Part shown: piece by piece, positions 17,925 through 22,885 of the stretch | How the letters are laid out: the number at the start of each line of letters is the position of its first letter | Numbering within the stretch: position 1 is the first letter of the stretch | Assembly: GCA_016748015.1 (NCBI GenBank) | Contig: JAAOMT010000366.1 | Span: forward strand, 167,068-189,952 | Source: Geosiphon pyriformis uo1 | Taxonomy: Eukaryota; Fungi; Glomeromycota | Direction of reading: 5' to 3' | DNA length: 22,885 nucleotides | The notes under the pieces: model-generated | The model's database searches: none | Seen by the model: only the letters and a program-made list of their open reading frames with translations | Told to the model about the DNA's origin: nothing | Translations under genes and position numbers: made by a program

Positions 17925-20900
17925 GTGAGCTTATTTGGAGAGTGGCTACATGCAATATTAAGAGTATGTCAAATTTAGCTAAACAGAAAGACATTGTTTG
18001 TTGGCATAGAGATTCAGGAAATATGATTTTGATTGTTACTAAGACAAAATTGAGGTCTGACATAGGCCTTGGATCATGAATAAATTTAATGGACCTCGGA
18101 TTTTTACTTTTGGTTTGGATGTTGGATTTCATGGTGCTGGAGTTGCCATAATTATAAACAATTCTTTGGCTCGGTATGTTTTAAAAGTGGATAAGATTCC
18201 TGGTCATTTGATTTCTGTGCATCTTCTGTTCAAGAACAAGCTTTCAATTATGATCTTGGGTCAATATACTGGTGTGTTTATTAGCACTTAATTTAGTCAA
18301 GCTGCTAATATCAATTCTATGGTTTTCAGGGCAGTTAATTCTAGCTCTTTTGTGGTTTTGGGTGGTAATTTTAATAAAAATGGGTCTAGCAAAAGTGTAA
18401 GTTTCAAGTTCTGTTTGGGTTTGGGCCTGGTTAATGCTTTTAATGGACACTCATTGGCCAAGGCTTTCACCTGAAGCAATTCTAGAAGTGTTGAAAAAGT
18501 AATTGATTTTATTTTAGTAAGTGTGAATTTGGCATCTGCTATGGCATCGCATTTTGTTGATGATGTGTCTGAGTTTTTTGATACAGATTATAAGTCAGTT
18601 TTTGTTTCAATTGGTTTGAGTGAGCTGCTGGATACACATCTTATTAGCATTTGTAGACAAGCCAACTGAGACCAGTAGAAGTTCAAATTAAAGGATGCAA
18701 ATAATGTTCAATGATTAAATTTTAAAGACTGCTCTTCTGCCAAGTTGTTGGCTAGGTCAGACATGTTTGAAGAGGCAAAAGTCAATGATAACTTAAATAC
18801 AATGTGGAAAATTTTGGAAAAGGCCATGGTATAGGCTGTTGACACAGTTTTTTCTAGGATCTGGTTTAGTAAATATGACTGTTTAAGAAATAAACAATCT
18901 TCCAAATTCTTTAAATTAGAGCTGCTTGTTGCAAAAATTGTGAAATGTTGGAACTCTGGTGATCTCCTGAATTTTAACCGCCTTATTAAGGTCTGGTTGG
19001 CTATTAATGTAGTCAAAGCTTCCAAAGTTGATGGCATGGTTTTGAATGGTATAAGCTTGATGAAGTTGATTAAACATTTGTTGGTGATAAGAAAAGAGTA
19101 TTGTAAGTCCAAGTATTATGAGTTTAAGGTTGCTAAAAATACTGCTATAAGGAAGGCAATTGACCATTATATGGAAAACTTCTGCTTTGACAAAGAGAAG
19201 ATGATAAAGAACATTCTGGAACGTCTATTTTGCAAGGTGGTTTTGGATTACTTGGTAGTAGATAATGAGCTAGTAATTGAGTCTAATGAGGTAAAGCTTA
19301 AGGTTGATAGAATTATGGAAAAATAGACAAGAAAGTAATCAGTTTTTCCAAAAATATCTGACCTCTGGACTCATCAATATATGCCTCTAAATTATGTGGA
19401 TGATGATGCTTTCTTTGGTATAATGAATGAAATTGGTATGGAAGAATTGTCTTTGGTTATTGATAATCTACCAAACAATAAAACAGCTAAGTTATTAGAG
19501 ATATCTAATGAACTTTGGAAGCATTGTGGTGAGGAGGTTTTAGTCTGTCTTTTAAAATTGTTAAATTTGTATTTGAGTATAGAGGCAGTTCCTAATCTGT
19601 AGAAAGAAGCATGGATTTCAATAATTCTAAAACCTTATGAGTGGAATAGTGTTCTAACAAATACTAGACCTATTATATTAGTCGAAACAGCATATAAAAT
19701 ACTATTTAAGATTTTATCTGATCAGATATCTTTGGCTTATAGCAAGTTTAATGTTCTTCATATAATAATTTTTCAGTGTTGAAGAGTACTTCGATCCAGT
19801 TTTTTATTTTTGCTATTGGCTTAGTCGTTGAGGATGCTCTGAAGAAAAACAGAGAGCTTTGATTAGTGCTACAGGATATGTGCAAAGCTTATGATTTAGT
19901 AAGCTGGCATTATTTGTGAGCAAGCTTGCATCACATTAAAATGTGTGAACGTTTTATCCAATTTTTTAGCAATATTCATGGGAACTGAGTCAACAAAGTG
20001 ATGACTGATTTTGGGCTTTCAGATAGTTATAGAGTACATGATGAGTTGGATCAAGGAGAGGTCTTTTTCCTACTGCTTCAGAGAATATTTTATGATCTAC
20101 TTTTGTGTAAAGTAAAAAGGCATGAACACTTGTGTAGATATAAAGTTGATTTTAAGTTTATAGCAAAGTCTGGCAGGATTGAGACAAGTGGAAAAAAAAC
20201 TTTCTTTTTGACTGCAGGCACTTTTGTTGATAATACAATTTGGGTTAGGAGTAGTCAAGCATCTACACAGTATATTTTGAACATTGCAAGTGAATTTTTT
20301 GTGATTAATAATATCTCAATTAATAATGATAAGATGGTAGTGATTTCTATCAATCAGAGAGTTAAAAATGCTTTGCTGTTGATCAATGGATTGCCAATTT
20401 TGGTTGTTAAAAAGGGTGAGTTACACTGATATTTGGGCATTTTCCTGTCAACTGAAGGTCTTTTTAAGCCCAGTTTGGCTCAAACCCATAAGGATGTCAG
20501 GTTTTTTTCTAATATAGTGTTAAGAAAAGCTATTATAGACAAACAATTCTGTTATTTGGTTTTGGCAGTTTTGCAACTTATTGTTAGCTATTGTACACAG
20601 TTCAGTTTTGTTACTTCAGATGTGTATCATAAGTGGGATATTATGATTAAAAAAGATCTTAGGGCCAAAGCTAGTTTACCACATGACTTTCCCAGTGAGG
20701 TCTTGTACCACCCTTCTTTATATAGTTTAAAGCCCTTTGAGCAAGTACAGTCTGAAGGAAAGCTGGCATCACTAATTTTATTTTTTAATGGCCATGACAT
20801 TCTTGAATATTTATTTGATCATTGATTTTTGGATTTGCAAGTTCTGGAATGGTCTCCTTTGAATTCTTTACAGTTTCTTGTTAGGTTGTGTGTTAGTCCT

Positions 20901-22599
20901 GTAAACAATTTTTTGGTGGAGGTAGTGAAGATTTTTTTGGAGAATGAATTATCTTTAGTGAACAATTTATCTTGTGCTTTTTATGGGTCTGGCAATTTTC
21001 TGATGTCTGGCATTCTGGGTCAGTCTTTGTTTTACAAATCCATTTTTTCATTGAAGCATTTTGGTGTTGCTTTTGATGACAGAATTCTTGACAAGAAAGG
21101 AAGAGTGATGGACTAGAAAAAATTTTGGTGTTGGAAGTAATTGGACCCAAGGGGCCCTGTGCCTTACTGGTTTTTTTTAATATCTGATTTTATGAACAAT
21201 TCTGTTTTTTTAGGGATCGGAACTGCTACTGCTACTAAGGAAGATGTGCTGAGTGTGTTGGATTCTAATAAGTTCTCTGAAGTTCGTGATAGTTTACTGA
21301 AGGTGTGGTCTAATTGTATTAAGGTTTATACAGATGGGTCCTTAAGATGTGCTGGTTCTGTTAAGATAGCAGGTAGAGTGGCTATATACTTTCTGGCTGC
21401 AAAAGCAGGCATTGAAGTTAAGGTTGCTAAACTTTTGTCCTCTACTTTAACTGAACTGCAAGCTGTGATGTTGGCTTTAAAGTGTGTTCTATTTTTTTGC
21501 TCAGTGGTTTTGTACTCGGATAATCAATCTGCGATTGATGTCTACATTTCTGAGGCTTTTTTGATTACGCCTGACTTCCATAACCAATGTTGGATTGAAA
21601 GATTGCAAATTGTCAATCTCCTTAAAAACAAAAATATTGCAATTAAGTGAGTAAAGATTAAAAGACATTCAGATGTATTGGGCAATATAAGGACTGATGC
21701 ACTGGCTAATGAGGCTATTTTCTTGTCTTTTTTTTTGCCAGTTAAAATCTGGGAGAGATTTCTGGTTACTGAAAAAACTGCCATATTTGGCAATGCTTGT
21801 CATTTTGCTTGAAACTTATACTAATCAATAAACTGTGCCCATTGGAAGACTGGTCTGGGTTTTGATATAGTTCCGGATGTTATGATTAAGGAAATAGATT
21901 GGAATGCTACTGCGACAGTTTGGCATTCCGATTTACACATGCTTTCTGGATTCACCAGTAGGAAGTTTGCCAATTTACACACATATTTAATGAAGACTGT
22001 ATATGATTGCAGTTAGAAAGAGGTTGTATAGCAGAAGTTATTCTGGTGTTTTGTGTTTGCTGTGTAACAAGATGGAGTTCTCTGATTATGTTTTCACTTG
22101 TTCTGGTAACTTTGGTCTCCACGGAGACATTTTGGTTGAAGCTGCTAAAAAATAGATGTCGATGTCTGGTTTTTTGAGTTCATCTCCATTTACTATTCTG
22201 CTTTTGCTTTCGTCATGTTCTTTGGATATGAGTCTTTATACAGCAGTGTGCAAGGGTTTTGTAATAAGAGATTGGTATGCCAAAGCTGTTTTAGTTTTTG
22301 AGAGAAAAGTGAAAGCTACTCAGACTCTAGTGGAATACATCAGGTTTGTGATAGGGTTATAATGCATTCAAATATGGACTATTAAAACCAAACATAGAAC
22401 AAAGATAGAAAAAGCTGGCTTGGTTGGAGATAATGATATGATTTCTGGCTTGTCCAGCAGTGTAGTTTCTATGTTGTTGGCTGGTGTTGTCTGCATGCTT
22501 GGTGTTATAGAATCTTTTGCTGTTAGGTTTGGTAGGCATAAATTGTGTTATTTTTTCTCTGGTTTGAGTGGTGATGCTTTTGTTATCATAGATGTATAG
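17921..22599 (+). pseudogene. LINE-B ORF2 (APE, RT, RNase H, Zn finger), many stops and a few frameshifts
   Basis: Starts MSELIWRVATCNIKSM. Catalytic motifs are degraded (TKTK, GNFN, TDY, FVDN at 20223-20234); YTDGS, ELQA and SDNQ of RNase H remain. Ends at TAG 22597-22599, the same relative position as in LINE-A. Confidence 0.9.
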
Positions 22600-22734
22600 T
22601 GTTGCCTTGTCTGGCCTGAGTGGCTGGCCATATGTAGTCTGTACATAAGCTACATTTAGTTGGTTTTACTTAGTTTGGTTTTGTATACTAGATAGCAGTT
22701 GGACTTCACTTGTAAAACTTGTAATAAAAAAAAA
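22600..22734 (+). terminator. LINE-B 3' UTR with AATAAA and poly(A) tail
   Basis: AATAAA followed by an A run ending at 22734; aligns with 15780-15912. Confidence 0.8.
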
Positions 22735-22885
22735 TTATCAATTATTTATATTTTAATTAATAATTCAAATTATATAAATACACAAATATAACTAAACTCA
22801 AATTTTATAACAGTAAAAATTGGTCGAAATATGCAAAAATCTACGAATTTTGCAATAATTCACTAAAATATAAAAAGTTTTCTGA

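Larger units (their letters stand above)
15919..22734 (+). mobile_element. Non-LTR retrotransposon LINE-B, same superfamily as LINE-A but a divergent family, full length, more decayed
   Basis: Collinear ORF1 and ORF2 homology with LINE-A, a shared 5' terminal motif, and a 3' end GTAATAAAAAAAAA at 22721-22734. Confidence 0.93.

Overview
A eukaryotic, gene-free retrotransposon nest set in very AT-rich flanks. The element families resemble those I recall from Glomeromycotina/Mucoromycota fungi such as Geosiphon; this is recollection and inference, not checked. Two full-length, decayed, L1/Tx1-like non-LTR retrotransposons lie head-to-tail on the + strand: LINE-A at ~449-15912 and LINE-B at ~15919-22734. 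Each has ORF1 (RRM-like + CCHC knuckle) and ORF2 (APE endonuclease, RT, RNase H, Zn finger). LINE-A is split in ORF2 by a minus-strand Ty3/Gypsy LTR retrotransposon (3848-12505) with 1001-bp TG..CA LTRs, a 4-bp ACAT target-site duplication, a PBS and a PPT. The Gypsy element has two non-standard parts: a Cys-rich block between protease and RT, and an extra ORF between integrase and the 3' LTR. Its LTRs differ at about 60 sites by my hand count, all transitions with no indels, which points to deamination-type (RIP-like or 5mC) hypermutation. Two assembly artefacts are visible: a Nextera/Tn5 mosaic-end adapter at 8243-8261 and a false 294-bp duplication across an N gap in the 5' LTR. I found no host gene, RNA gene or CRISPR array.
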